A stretch of DNA of 63,973 nucleotides, filler included, from a bacterium (GCA_026985515.1; 6 parts of 6 records of this genome joined end to end with filler, not necessarily neighbours in it); one strand, 5' to 3'. Counted from the whole stretch's first letter, positions 9,334 through 19,981 are shown. The notes: a model not told the origin generated them from the letters alone. Numbers and translations are program-made.

Positions 9334-11784
9334 TTACTTTTTTGGTGATTTCTTACTTTCCTTTTTCTTTCCCGTACTCTTTTTCCCTTTTTTCTCAGTA
9401 CTCTTACCAAAATTGATAAGGTTCTCCGCATATTCCCTGAGCTTTTTATCAACCAGATAGTTGATGGATCCCCGGGGAAATTTTCCGGTTCTGGTTCGCT
9501 TACCGGCAGGTTTACCCAGCATAAGTTCCACAGCGTCATCAATATGGGTTACGGAGTAGATGTGGAACTTTCCCTCTTCAACAGCCCTTTTCACCTCTGA
9601 TGAAAGAATAAGATTCTTCACATTAGCCTCCGGGATAATCACTCCCTGGTCCCCCGTCAGCCCTTTCTTTTTACAGATTCTATAGAATCCCTCGATCTTT
9701 TCATTGACTCCACCTATGGGCTGGATCTCACCCTTCTGATTAACAGAACCTGTAATGGCAAGGTTTTGTTTAACCGGCACACCTGAAAGTCTTGACAAAA
9801 TTGCTATCAGCTCGGCAGCGGATGCACTGTCACCATCAATCTGGGAATAGGACTGTTCAAAAGTGAGAGTTATGTTAAGGGATATTGGTTTATCCTGAGC
9901 AAATCTATCACCCAGAAAACTCGAGAGAATTAAGACACCTTTATTGTGGATGCGGCCGCTTAACTGTGCTTCCCTCTCAATATTTATTACACCGCTTCTC
10001 CCCATAAAAGTTCTCGCTGTTATCCTTGAAGGTCTGCCAAAATAAAACTCACCCAGAGAATAAACAGCCAGACCATTAACCTGCCCCACCACCTCTCCCT
10101 CAGTATCAATAAAAATTGTGTCCTCTTCAATAAGTTCCTCTATCTTTTCGGCTATGAGAGATGTCCTGTACTTTCTATTTTCAAAGGCCCTGAAAACATC
10201 CTCTTCTTCAACAACTTTTTTACCCTGACCGGCGGCAATCTGCTCAGCCTCAAAAATTATCTCGTCCAGGTATTTAAAATTGGCACTGAATTTTTCCTTA
10301 TGCTCTGCAAGTCTTGAACCAACTTCAAGGAGAGCAGAAATACCTGAAATGTGAAAGGGAAGCAGGTCGTTACTTTTTACAAAGTTTTTGAGATACTTTG
10401 CAAAAGATTTAACCAGTTCATCTTCCTTTTTCATCTCCCAGTCAAATTCAACCTTAACATTGAAGATCTTTTTAAAATCCGGGTCATACTCGTACAGCAA
10501 CCTGTAGAGAAGAGGATCACCCACGAGAATAACTTTTAAATCTATGGGAATGGGCTCAGGTTTTATGGACGAAGTAGCAACGAGACTGTACTGCTCTGCA
10601 AGATCCTCTATGGTCAACTTACCAGTTTTCAGAACCCTCTTCAGTGCATCCCACACTCCGAAGTTTCTGAGGGCATCGAGAACATTGATTATGAGATACC
10701 CACCATTGGCCTTCGCAATGGCACCGCTTTTTATCATGGTGAAATCGGTGGTATATACACCGAGCTGAACTCTCTTCTCAATCTTTCCAAAGAGGTTGTA
10801 ATAAGTGGGATTTGCCTCGTAAACAACCGGGGCTCCCTTTAAATCAGAATTATCAACAATCACATTTACTTTGTAATCAGTATAAACATCAGAGGCAATC
10901 AGGTTCATGGGAAAAGGAAGTGATTCAGGGGGTTGAATGAAGGTCTGAAGATTTTTAATAATGTGTTCCTTGAGGGATTCCAGCCATTCAGTTACACCGG
11001 GATATGGATACTTTTCTTTAATAAGCTCAATCTTGGTCCCCACTATGTAGAGACCCACTTTTTTCCTCAATTCTTCAATCTTCTCCTGGGTTTCCTGATC
11101 AATCTTTTTGACTTCCCTCAGGAACTCAGCTATTATGGGATCAAGTTTCCTTCTCTTTTCCTCTATTTCCTTTTTCACTTCATCTGGAAGGGCCTGGTAC
11201 TCTTCCTCTGTAAGAAGCTTGTTATTGTAGATGGGAATGGTCATCATTCCAACTTTGGTCCATCTAAGAGAGAACCCAATTTCTGCTGCTTTATTTTCAA
11301 GTTGATCAAAAAGTTTTGCCTTCTTTTCCCTGTTCTCCTGCTGTATTCTTGAAAGTTCCTCCTCAAAATCCCTGCTCTCAAAGGCCTGAGCAAGCTCCAC
11401 CTTCAGAGAATCTATAAGTTTGTCAATTTCCTCCCTGAATTTGCCCCCTTCTCCAGCCGGGAGGAAAAGAACCTTTGGACTCTGTCTGTCTTTAAAATTC
11501 TGGACATAACATATATCATCCGGGGTTTTATTATTCCGTGCGTATTTTTCAACCCATCTGAGAACTAATTTGGTCCTTCCTGTACCTGAAACACCCGCCA
11601 CAAAAATATGGAAACGATTCTTTCTGGTTTCAAGGCCAAATTTTAGAGCATTAAAAGCCCTCTCCTGGCCAACTATAATCTCCTCATCAGAGATCTGGTC
11701 ATCAGTTGTCTCAATCACCAGATGTGACAAATCAACCCGTGGGGATAACTCTTCAATTTTCAGCTCCCTCCAGCCCATTTTCAC
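9334..11784 (-). CDS. Lon-like protease (LonC/AAA_32 type)
   Basis: VGQERA, ANGGYL, EQSYSQIDGDSASAAE (Ser), IGGVNEKIEGF (Lys), long coiled-coil insertion. Confidence 0.9.
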   Translation of the reverse strand: MKMGWRELKIEELSPRVDLSHLVIETTDDQISDEEIIVGQERAFNALKFGLETRKNRFHIFVAGVSGTGRTKLVLRWVEKYARNNKTPDDICYVQNFKDRQSPKVLFLPAGEGGKFREEIDKLIDSLKVELAQAFESRDFEEELSRIQQENREKKAKLFDQLENKAAEIGFSLRWTKVGMMTIPIYNNKLLTEEEYQALPDEVKKEIEEKRRKLDPIIAEFLREVKKIDQETQEKIEELRKKVGLYIVGTKIELIKEKYPYPGVTEWLESLKEHIIKNLQTFIQPPESLPFPMNLIASDVYTDYKVNVIVDNSDLKGAPVVYEANPTYYNLFGKIEKRVQLGVYTTDFTMIKSGAIAKANGGYLIINVLDALRNFGVWDALKRVLKTGKLTIEDLAEQYSLVATSSIKPEPIPIDLKVILVGDPLLYRLLYEYDPDFKKIFNVKVEFDWEMKKEDELVKSFAKYLKNFVKSNDLLPFHISGISALLEVGSRLAEHKEKFSANFKYLDEIIFEAEQIAAGQGKKVVEEEDVFRAFENRKYRTSLIAEKIEELIEEDTIFIDTEGEVVGQVNGLAVYSLGEFYFGRPSRITARTFMGRSGVINIEREAQLSGRIHNKGVLILSSFLGDRFAQDKPISLNITLTFEQSYSQIDGDSASAAELIAILSRLSGVPVKQNLAITGSVNQKGEIQPIGGVNEKIEGFYRICKKKGLTGDQGVIIPEANVKNLILSSEVKRAVEEGKFHIYSVTHIDDAVELMLGKPAGKRTRTGKFPRGSINYLVDKKLREYAENLINFGKSTEKKGKKSTGKKKESKKSPKK

Positions 11785-11826
11785 CTCTCAAGCTTTTTGT
11801 AAATTATAACTGCAAAAATGGTAGGG

Positions 11827-12276
11827 TCAAGTTTTGATATGAAGAATACCTTCACCCTCTCTGGAAACTATTTTCTCTCTGAACCAATCAGGCAGAGGAT
11901 GGGGCTTGAATTCACCTGGAAGAATATTCACCACAACTGTGGTTCCTCTGACAATCTCCCTCCCGTCATCCTTGATTATCAGGTATCTGAAGCGAAAACT
12001 TGATCTTCCCAGATAGTAAATTGAGGCACCACACTTCAGTATATCGTTGAATGTGGCGGGAGATATATACTCAATTTCATGCTTTTTGACCACAAAAAAG
12101 ATCCCTGGATCCGGGGGTACAAGCTTTATACCAAGTGAATTGAAGTATTTCGTCCTGCATCTTTCAAAGTAGAGAAGATACTTGCTGTTGTGCACTATTC
12201 CACCCATATCCACATCATCAAAGGGAACCCACATCTCCATATGAAAGGGAAAATGATCAAAGGGGACCTTCTCCAT
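11827..12276 (-). CDS. Acyl-CoA thioesterase, YbgC/FadM (4HBT) family
   Basis: DVDMGGIVHNSKYLLYFERCR hot-dog motif. Confidence 0.85.
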   Translation of the reverse strand: MEKVPFDHFPFHMEMWVPFDDVDMGGIVHNSKYLLYFERCRTKYFNSLGIKLVPPDPGIFFVVKKHEIEYISPATFNDILKCGASIYYLGRSSFRFRYLIIKDDGREIVRGTTVVVNILPGEFKPHPLPDWFREKIVSREGEGILHIKT

Positions 12277-12348
12277 GGTTAACTCCTGTTCAGGTTATGA
12301 AATATTTTAGCATTAAGAGGAAAGGAAGACAAAAAAGAGCTATTCTCT

Positions 12349-12993
12349 TCACTCCCCATACCACACCTTTATCACCACCTTGCCCGGCTTTCCCACCTTC
12401 TTCAGGGATTTTATCATTCCTCTGATGATCTCGTAGAACATGGTTCTTATGAAATCCTTGAGAGGAACATGACGGTCGTTGATGAAAAGCCATAGGTTGG
12501 GAACGGGGTTTTTCTTAATCACCTCCTCCTCAATCAGATCCGCAATCTTTTCTGTATCATCAGGAGAATAAACTTTCACATTCATCTCATCAAATCTCTC
12601 TGCCACAACACACAGGAGATTTTCATCATCTTTCAGAAGGAACTCCTTCCCATCATATACCTCTATTTTGGGAATGGGATGAGACTTGTATCCCTCAGTT
12701 ATAACCAGATCAACATCTTCCACAAATCTTTCAAGAATCTCCTCAAGGTCCATCTCCTTTTCTCTCATCTCCACAAGGGCAACTTTATCAGGTGAAGATA
12801 TAATCGTTAACCTTGCCCCTGCCTCTCTGTGGCGATAGGTATCCTTTCCCGGAATATCAATTTCAAAACCATGCACATCATGCTTAACCGTGGCAATTCT
12901 GTAACCCCGATTCCTCAATTCCTTCACCAATTTTTCAATAAGGGTTGTTTTCCCTGAATTTTTCTTTCCAGCAACTCCAACAACTGGTATCAT
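12349..12993 (-). CDS. mobB: Molybdopterin-guanine dinucleotide biosynthesis protein B, with C-terminal extension
   Basis: GKKNSGKTT, VKHDVHGFEIDIPGKDT, EGYK. Confidence 0.92.
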   Translation of the reverse strand: MIPVVGVAGKKNSGKTTLIEKLVKELRNRGYRIATVKHDVHGFEIDIPGKDTYRHREAGARLTIISSPDKVALVEMREKEMDLEEILERFVEDVDLVITEGYKSHPIPKIEVYDGKEFLLKDDENLLCVVAERFDEMNVKVYSPDDTEKIADLIEEEVIKKNPVPNLWLFINDRHVPLKDFIRTMFYEIIRGMIKSLKKVGKPGKVVIKVWYGE

Positions 12994-14210
12994 GCTTCCT
13001 CCCTGTAAAAAATTTTCTCGTTTATTATTTCAACATCAACATAATCTCCCCTTTTATACTCCTCATCTTCGTAGTAAACGAGCAACCCATCTGCCTTCAC
13101 CATGGATGAGAGGATGCCTGATCCCTGGTTACCGGTGAGGGAGGCCCACCATTCTCCATCTTTTTCCGTTAGTTTCACTCTGACAAAATGCCTCAACCCC
13201 TTTTTCAACTTCAAATCAGTATCAATTCTTGCTTTTATTCTGGGGCGAAAAATCCTTTTATGACCCATCATCTTTAGCAGAACGGGCCTCACATGCTGTT
13301 CAAACATAACCGCAGTGGAAACCGGGTTACCCGGCAGGCAGAAAATCAGTGTTTCCCCTGCAGTGGCGAATAAAAGTGGAAGACCCGGTCTCTCCCTTAC
13401 TTTCCAGAAATGTATTTCCACATCCAGTTTCTGAAGAACTTTTTTCAAAAGATCATAATCACCCATGGAAATGGCACCTGAGGTAACAAGGATGTCAAAT
13501 TGCAATCCTGCCTTTACTCTCTCTTCCAGCTCCTCCTCACTATCACCGGCAATTCCAAGCATAAAGGGAATGGCACCCGCCTCTTTCACCTGAGAATAGA
13601 GAGTGTAACCGTTGGAGTTTCTGATCTGAAATTCATTTCTCCTCTCATCAATATCAACAATTTCATTGCCAGTTGCCAGAATTCCAACCGTTGCTCTGCG
13701 AAAAACCTTAATATGGCTCCTCCCCACGGAGGCAATCTCACCTATTTCGTAGGGTCTCAAAACTTTCCCTCTCTCAACCACAACCTCTCCTTCCCGAATA
13801 TCCTCACCCCTTCTCCTTATATTTTTCCCTTCAGGAATAACCCTTTTAAGGACCACATAGTCTCCCTCAACTTCGGTATCCTCAACCATGATTACCCTGT
13901 CTGCTCCGGGAGGAACAGGGGCACCCGTCATTATTTTGACCGCTGTGGTTTCTGTTACCTCCACATCTGAATAATCACCTGCCGCAACAATTTCCACGAT
14001 CTTTCTTTTATCCCCCTCTCTGTAATCACCTCTGATGGCATAACCATCCACTCCTGAATTATCCCAGGGGGGGAGAGTTATGTCTGAGACTATGTCCTCT
14101 GCAACAACCCTGCCAGGAGCTTCAAGAAGTGATACCTTCTCCCAGGGAAGCAACTTCGCATTTTCAAGCTCAATTTCCCTTGCTTCATCAAAAGGTATAA
14201 GTACCTTCAT
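12990..14210 (-). CDS. moeA: Molybdopterin molybdotransferase
   Basis: DNSGVDGYA, IMTGAPVP, TGNEI, LPGNPVS. Confidence 0.93.
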   Translation of the reverse strand: MKVLIPFDEAREIELENAKLLPWEKVSLLEAPGRVVAEDIVSDITLPPWDNSGVDGYAIRGDYREGDKRKIVEIVAAGDYSDVEVTETTAVKIMTGAPVPPGADRVIMVEDTEVEGDYVVLKRVIPEGKNIRRRGEDIREGEVVVERGKVLRPYEIGEIASVGRSHIKVFRRATVGILATGNEIVDIDERRNEFQIRNSNGYTLYSQVKEAGAIPFMLGIAGDSEEELEERVKAGLQFDILVTSGAISMGDYDLLKKVLQKLDVEIHFWKVRERPGLPLLFATAGETLIFCLPGNPVSTAVMFEQHVRPVLLKMMGHKRIFRPRIKARIDTDLKLKKGLRHFVRVKLTEKDGEWWASLTGNQGSGILSSMVKADGLLVYYEDEEYKRGDYVDVEIINEKIFYREEA

Positions 14211-14779
14211 CGCAACTCCCTTCCTGTAAGTTTCTCATAATCCTCAAGGGTATTTACATTTATGAAAATTTCAGGTGCATTTTCACCTATTTCGCATTCC
14301 TCGACTATTCTCACCCTTACTTTCTCAAAAAGGTCTCTGATCCTGAAATTCCCTGCAAGTATCTGTTCCTTCATGGCACTGATCACAGAGGGAGAATAAA
14401 CAGCTGCAAGAGTTTCAAATCGGCCCCCTATCCTGGGCACCACCACATCCCATTCGTCAGAGTAGAAATCAGCAATTTTCCTTGCCACTTCGCCCCTCAT
14501 CAGGGGCATATCCACGGCGCAGAAAAAAGCAGGTTCTCCAATGTTAACAAGAGTTGAGTAAATTCCCCCCATGCTTCCTGCTTCAACTATATCAGGTATT
14601 TTCTGAAAAGGAATTTCAACATCTTCCCTCGCTGATACAAGAACCCTGTTAAAGTAACTGGCAAGTTCCCAGTACAGATGCTCCAGAAAAGTCTTACCCT
14701 TCCAGGGCAGGGACCATTTATCCCGTCCCATTCTCCTGCTTTTTCCACCTGCAAGGATAATCGCAGTTTCTACCTTCAT
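14207..14779 (-). CDS. mobA: Molybdenum cofactor guanylyltransferase
   Basis: ILAGGKSRRMGRDK, AVDMP, INVNT. Confidence 0.92.
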   Translation of the reverse strand: MKVETAIILAGGKSRRMGRDKWSLPWKGKTFLEHLYWELASYFNRVLVSAREDVEIPFQKIPDIVEAGSMGGIYSTLVNIGEPAFFCAVDMPLMRGEVARKIADFYSDEWDVVVPRIGGRFETLAAVYSPSVISAMKEQILAGNFRIRDLFEKVRVRIVEECEIGENAPEIFINVNTLEDYEKLTGRELR

Positions 14780-16086
14780 CAATAAATAACCCTTGACCAG
14801 GATGGTTCCTTTGCGTCCCCCGGCAAATCAATCACTTTCCATATCTTACCGCTACCCACATTCACAATATAGAGCTGATACCTTCCATCGCGGTTCGATG
14901 AAAAAACGATGTATCTTCCATCGGGTGACCACCTTGGATACTCATTGCTACCAATTCCATCAGTTACCACCCTCTCATCCGTCCCATCAGGTCTTATTAT
15001 GTAAATGTCAAATCTGCTACCATCCAGACTTTTGGAGAAGGCTATGTAATTCCCATCAGGAGACCAGTCGGGAGAGGCGTTGTACTTACCCGTTGTGGTG
15101 AGCCTCCGAACATTCCCACCATCACTGTCCATTATGTACAGATTTGGATTGCCGGCTCTGTTACTCACAAAAACAATCTGCTCACCATCGGGTGACCAGG
15201 CAGGACTCACATCGATGTATGGGGAAAAGGTGAGCCTTATGAGATTTCTCCCGTTCCTGTCAACTCGATAAATTTCGCTGTTTCCGCTTCTTGTGGAGCT
15301 GAAAGCTATGTACTTACCATCAGGTGAAAATCTCCCACTCACATCCTGGGAATTTGATCTGACAAGTGTTGAAATTGTGCCCCGACGGAGATCAGCTATG
15401 AAGAGATCAGGATAACTTCTTAGAAACGCTGAAAAAAGCATAAACTTACCATCTGGTGACCAGTCAGGAAACATGGCAAATCGGTTGTAAAAAGTCAGTC
15501 TTTTCAGATTCCTGCCATCCATGTCCACCACATAAATATCCTTCCACTTCTGACCCGGCTGACGATACTGAAAGGCAATCTTACTTCCAAAGCAGCCTCT
15601 TTTCCCTGTTATCTCCTCTAAAAGTTCATTGACAAATTTATAAACGGCTTCTCTCATGAGACTCTTTTTCAATTTGTATCTTCTCCCGAAGATAAACTTT
15701 GCCTGATAGGGATCATAAGTCCTTATTTCAACAACTATCTTATCTCCTTCAATCCTGTAACTCCCCTTTATGAGAAGTTCCGCTCCTATTGCCGTCCACT
15801 TATCAAACTGGATCTCATCAATTTTTACACCCTCTTTGTATGGGTTTACCAGATAGGCGGATTCTTCAATAATATCAAATAAATCAGTATAACTCAGAGC
15901 CCATGTGAGAATTTTTTGAAACTGCTTTGATAATGGGCCATTTTTCCCATCCATGGAGAGAAACGGAGGGACAGCAACGGGTATTCTTCTGAAATTTGCC
16001 CCACTTATGTTCAAAATAATCTTTTCATCTGCAGATGCACTCGAAACCATAATCAGCAGTACCACAGCCAAAATTATTTTTTTCAT
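14779..16086 (-). CDS. tolB: Tol-Pal beta-propeller protein
   Basis: Signal peptide, TolB_N domain, repeated P.WSPDG (PD40) motifs, follows tolQRA. Confidence 0.9.
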   Translation of the reverse strand: MKKIILAVVLLIMVSSASADEKIILNISGANFRRIPVAVPPFLSMDGKNGPLSKQFQKILTWALSYTDLFDIIEESAYLVNPYKEGVKIDEIQFDKWTAIGAELLIKGSYRIEGDKIVVEIRTYDPYQAKFIFGRRYKLKKSLMREAVYKFVNELLEEITGKRGCFGSKIAFQYRQPGQKWKDIYVVDMDGRNLKRLTFYNRFAMFPDWSPDGKFMLFSAFLRSYPDLFIADLRRGTISTLVRSNSQDVSGRFSPDGKYIAFSSTRSGNSEIYRVDRNGRNLIRLTFSPYIDVSPAWSPDGEQIVFVSNRAGNPNLYIMDSDGGNVRRLTTTGKYNASPDWSPDGNYIAFSKSLDGSRFDIYIIRPDGTDERVVTDGIGSNEYPRWSPDGRYIVFSSNRDGRYQLYIVNVGSGKIWKVIDLPGDAKEPSWSRVIY

Positions 16087-16874
16087 CTCTGCAACTCCCT
16101 CAGGTTAAATCTCAATCCAATGGTGATCTTATCTCTGTTAAAAGGTGGCGGCGGTAACTGACCAAGTTTCTTTACCGCCCTCAGTGCACTTTCATCATAA
16201 AATGCATTACCTGATGACTTCTCAATAACTGCCCTCAAAATTCTGCCATCAGCAGCTATTGTGATGGCAACAATTACAACAAGGTTTCTCTTCTCATTTT
16301 TTAACTGAGGTGGGAGTATCCATTCATCCTTGATTCTTTCTATAAGATCGTTGAAATATGCCCTCTGCAAAACGGAAAAGGCTCTTGCACCCAGGAGCTC
16401 ACCTCCCTTCCCTTTACCTTTCTCGCCTCTACCTTCGCCACCTGCACCCTTTTCTTTCCCCCTTTTCTTCTTCAACTCCTTTATGAAATTACCTATTTTT
16501 GCCAAATTAAATTCATCACTCTTTCTGGCAACCTTTTTTCTGCTTTTAGTTACTGTTTTGCTTCTCCTGCTCTTTTTCTTCTTTGCTACAGAAATCACCC
16601 TGCTTCGACGAGTCCGGGCAGGTAAAGTTACACTTCTTTTAACATGACTGACCATCTTTCTGCTGTTCTGCCTGTTCCCCTTTGAAGCTGATTTGCCCCC
16701 TGCAGCTGAGGGCAAACCACCCACAAGTTTTACCCTGTAGGGCGAATATATTATTCTTCTGTTACGATGAAAAAAATTCCACGGTCCGGTGAAGATGATC
16801 AGATGAATAAAAAGGGAAAAAGTGAGTGCAACAAGAAATACTTTTCGAAGTGGATCATCATGATAAACATTCAC
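16083..16874 (-). CDS. tolA: TolA/TonB-family energy transducer
   Basis: SLFIH TM anchor, basic linker, C-terminal KSSGNAFYDESALRAV; position between tolR and tolB. Confidence 0.8.
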   Translation of the reverse strand: MNVYHDDPLRKVFLVALTFSLFIHLIIFTGPWNFFHRNRRIIYSPYRVKLVGGLPSAAGGKSASKGNRQNSRKMVSHVKRSVTLPARTRRSRVISVAKKKKSRRSKTVTKSRKKVARKSDEFNLAKIGNFIKELKKKRGKEKGAGGEGRGEKGKGKGGELLGARAFSVLQRAYFNDLIERIKDEWILPPQLKNEKRNLVVIVAITIAADGRILRAVIEKSSGNAFYDESALRAVKKLGQLPPPPFNRDKITIGLRFNLRELQR

Positions 16875-17287
16875 CTTATCTTCTCCGGTTCCGTAACAAT
16901 TCCAATGGAGGTGATTCCTGATCTGTAGAGATAGCCCATCAGTTTAACCACTCTTCCGTAAGGTATATCTTTGTCAGCTTTGAGATAAACACTTTTATCT
17001 CTGCGATGAGTGAGAATCACGCGCAACTTCTGAGCAAGCTTATTCAGAGGGACTCTGGCGCTGTTTATGTACACACTCCCATCCTTCCTGAGAGTAACAA
17101 TAAGGGGATTTTCAGGCATTTTCAGTGGAGCCGTTGTCACCTCTGGAAGGTCAACATGGATACCCTGCTGCATCATTGGAGCTGTAACCATGAAGATAAT
17201 GAGAAGAACAAGCATAACATCCACAAGAGGAGTCACATTTATATCGGAGAAACTTTTCTTTTTTCTTCCTCCCGGACTCACACCCAT
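16871..17287 (-). CDS. tolR: TolR
   Basis: INVTPLVDVMLVLLIIFMVTAP; KADKDIPYG. Confidence 0.92.
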   Translation of the reverse strand: MGVSPGGRKKKSFSDINVTPLVDVMLVLLIIFMVTAPMMQQGIHVDLPEVTTAPLKMPENPLIVTLRKDGSVYINSARVPLNKLAQKLRVILTHRRDKSVYLKADKDIPYGRVVKLMGYLYRSGITSIGIVTEPEKIR

Positions 17288-17994
17288 CAGATAAAGTACC
17301 TTTCACAGATATTGAGAAATTCCAGTATGAAATTATCAAGCTGCATCTCAAGAACTTCTGCCTCACGATTGAAGTAGTTATAGGCTATAACAGCCGGAAT
17401 TGCAGCGGCAAGACCTGTGGCAGTTGCGATTAGTGCATCTGCTATACCCGGTGCCACAACTGCAAGGGTCGCGGAACCGAGTCTTCCTATTCCTTCAAAG
17501 GCGTTCATTATACCCCACACCGTACCAAACAAACCGATAAAAGGTGATGAAGAAGCCACAGTAGCAAGAAAAGTGTGGTAACGCTCAATCCTCACTGTTT
17601 CATCAATGGCGCTCTTCTTCAACGCCCTTTCAATGTTTTCAAGTCCTGTCTTGTTCCTGTGTTTTCCCTCTCCATCAAAACCCACAGTGTCATCACCACT
17701 GCTGCTCTTGATTCTTCTCAACTCCCTGTAACCAGCTTTGAAAACCTCAGCCACAGGACTCCATTTATATCTCACACTTTCATCAAAAACTTTTTCCAGA
17801 TTTCTGATCTCCCAGAAGAGTTCAAGGAAATCAGATGTCTGTTTTTTTGCCTTCCTCAGCTGATAAATTTTAACAATAATAATTGCCCAGGTTACCACGG
17901 AGAAGGCTATAAGGATGAAAAGAACCAGCTTCACAACAGGTCCGCTGGAGGAAACCGTAATACTGGATGAGAGTGTTGATGCAAAGAGATTCAT
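17287..17994 (-). CDS. tolQ: TolQ
   Basis: SPFIGLFGTVWGIM, APGIADALIATA.GLAAAIPAV. Confidence 0.92.
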   Translation of the reverse strand: MNLFASTLSSSITVSSSGPVVKLVLFILIAFSVVTWAIIIVKIYQLRKAKKQTSDFLELFWEIRNLEKVFDESVRYKWSPVAEVFKAGYRELRRIKSSSGDDTVGFDGEGKHRNKTGLENIERALKKSAIDETVRIERYHTFLATVASSSPFIGLFGTVWGIMNAFEGIGRLGSATLAVVAPGIADALIATATGLAAAIPAVIAYNYFNREAEVLEMQLDNFILEFLNICERYFI

Positions 17995-18099
17995 AACTAG
18001 CTCCTCACGAGTTTATAATATTATAAGTATTTTTTCACTGACTTTCCACAGAAGCCGCTTGTAGTTGCTAAAAAAAAGCTTGAAAATAAAATATAAGTT

Positions 18100-18753
18100 A
18101 TGTTCTGGATCATTTTAATCTGGATTACCCTGCAGCTCATCCTCATAAATCTCCTTCCTCATCTGGGAGTCGCCATTCCCACCTTCTTCTTCTATCTTTT
18201 CACTTTTTTCTTTGTTATTCCTCTCTCACTCATAATCGCTCATTTTGTCGCATCAAGAACACTGGTAAACAGAAAGGGGAAATTTGCCAATTTTCTCTTT
18301 GGAACCACTACAATTTTAGATATTCTTTTCATCATAGTTGTTCCACCTGCAATTAACTCTCTGCCTCAGGTGATACAGATGGAGACAGATAGAATGTTAG
18401 TCAAAAAAATTCCACTTAAAGAGAGAAAGAAATTCATAAAAAAAGTGGAACAAGTTGCCAGACTGACTGTAAATCTGATCTATGCAGATCCTCAACTTGT
18501 CAGACAGACAGAGTGGGAAAAGATTTCAAATTTCTGGAATACCTTCGCAACAGATATGAAGGATGGAAAAATAACCCCTGAAGAAATGAAAGAACTTGAT
18601 AAATTTACTGAAGAGATCCTTTCAAAGGAGGATGAAAATGAAGGCAATAAGAATAGACCACATCGGAATAGCAGTGGAAAAAGAAGGGGTATGGGAGACA
18701 ATAGCGGAAATTCTGGGGATAAGACCGTCGGAAAAGCAAAAGGTGGAAAGTGA
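18100..18753 (+). CDS. Hypothetical membrane protein
   Basis: Three hydrophobic segments then a helical soluble part; low-complexity tail overlaps mce. Confidence 0.6.
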   Translation: MFWIILIWITLQLILINLLPHLGVAIPTFFFYLFTFFFVIPLSLIIAHFVASRTLVNRKGKFANFLFGTTTILDILFIIVVPPAINSLPQVIQMETDRMLVKKIPLKERKKFIKKVEQVARLTVNLIYADPQLVRQTEWEKISNFWNTFATDMKDGKITPEEMKELDKFTEEILSKEDENEGNKNRPHRNSSGKRRGMGDNSGNSGDKTVGKAKGGK

Positions 18754-19036
18754 AGGAATCTCTGTTAGATTTCTCAAAATTGGTGATACGAGGATAGAAC
18801 TTCTCTATCCTGAAGATGAGAATTCAACAGTAAAAAAGTTCATTGAGAAAAGGGGACCAGGGATTCACCACATAGCCATAGAAGTTGAAGATCTGGAAAA
18901 GTGTGTAAAAGAATTGAGAGAAAAAGGGTTCTCCACAGTTGGTGAAAAACCTGTAACAGGTGCAGAGGGGTACAGAGCCATTTTCATTCATCCCAAAAGC
19001 ACTCAGGGGGTTCTCCTGGAACTTATTGAAAAATAA
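18638..19036 (+). CDS. mce: Methylmalonyl-CoA epimerase (VOC family)
   Basis: IDHIGIAV, GPGIHHIA, FIHPKSTQGVLLEL; RBS AGGAGG before ATG 18638. Confidence 0.88.
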   Translation: MKAIRIDHIGIAVEKEGVWETIAEILGIRPSEKQKVESEGISVRFLKIGDTRIELLYPEDENSTVKKFIEKRGPGIHHIAIEVEDLEKCVKELREKGFSTVGEKPVTGAEGYRAIFIHPKSTQGVLLELIEK

Positions 19037-19096
19037 TTTTTACAACATTTACACTTTCTGTTAAACTATTTATCAGAAAATTTTTAGGAGGTATTG

Positions 19097-19561
19097 ATGA
19101 AAGTCGCACCAAAAACAGTTGTAACACTTGAGTACAAAATCACACTGACCACCGGTGAACTGGTTGATTCGTCGGAGGTGAGTGGACCTTTTTCCTATGT
19201 CCATGGAATTGGAGCAATTATTCCAGGACTGGAAAAGGGAATTGAAGGAATGGATGTTGGAGAAGAGAAGGAAATTGAAATTCCTGCTGCTGAAGCCTAT
19301 GGAGAGAGAAATGAGGACTTGGTAACCTCAGTTTCAAAATCACAATTCCCGGCTGACACAGAGCTTGCACCCGGTATGGAATTTTACACCTACAATGAAA
19401 AAGGAGAAGCAATTCCTTTTGTAATCAGGGAAATTAACGGCGACACTGTGGTTATCGATTTCAATCACCCTCTCGCTGGAAAAGATCTGATTGCATGGGT
19501 GAAAATTGTGGATGTAAGAGAAGCCTCACCAGAAGAAATTGCTCACGGGCATGTTCACTGA
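19097..19561 (+). CDS. slyD: FKBP-type peptidyl-prolyl isomerase SlyD
   Basis: IPGLE, AYGE, DFNHPLAGK, short HGHVH tail. Confidence 0.92.
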   Translation: MKVAPKTVVTLEYKITLTTGELVDSSEVSGPFSYVHGIGAIIPGLEKGIEGMDVGEEKEIEIPAAEAYGERNEDLVTSVSKSQFPADTELAPGMEFYTYNEKGEAIPFVIREINGDTVVIDFNHPLAGKDLIAWVKIVDVREASPEEIAHGHVH

Positions 19562-19969
19562 TCAAACATCAAAAAGCACCTTTGCTGCTTTTTTCTCTCC
19601 CTGAAGATCCAGTAAAAGATCATGATATGTGGCTGACTTGATCTCCAGGGAGAATTTTATTTTCTGGCATTTTAACCCGGAAAAAATAAAGGTAGCCTCA
19701 TCCTCTCTCATTTCATATTGACATGATAGGGGAATGTAATGACGATAGTAAAGAAGAAATATCAACTCGTTCAACAAAGAAATAAAAAGTTCCTCTCTGT
19801 CGGTAAAAGAAACTTTTATCCTTTCCTCTTTTCTTCTGCAACCCTTCCGTGAATCAATCACAGAGGAGAGAACCCCCTCCATGATCCCCAGAACGAGGTC
19901 ACAGAAATTCTCCCCTTCAGCTGAAATTAAAAGATCAGAGGGATGTTCCTCAATAAAAAAACGCCTCAT
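19562..19969 (-). CDS. Archease
   Basis: EHPSD N-terminus, EIKSATYH, C-terminal FDV. Confidence 0.85.
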   Translation of the reverse strand: MRRFFIEEHPSDLLISAEGENFCDLVLGIMEGVLSSVIDSRKGCRRKEERIKVSFTDREELFISLLNELIFLLYYRHYIPLSCQYEMREDEATFIFSGLKCQKIKFSLEIKSATYHDLLLDLQGEKKAAKVLFDV

Positions 19970-19981
19970 ACAGGCATTATA

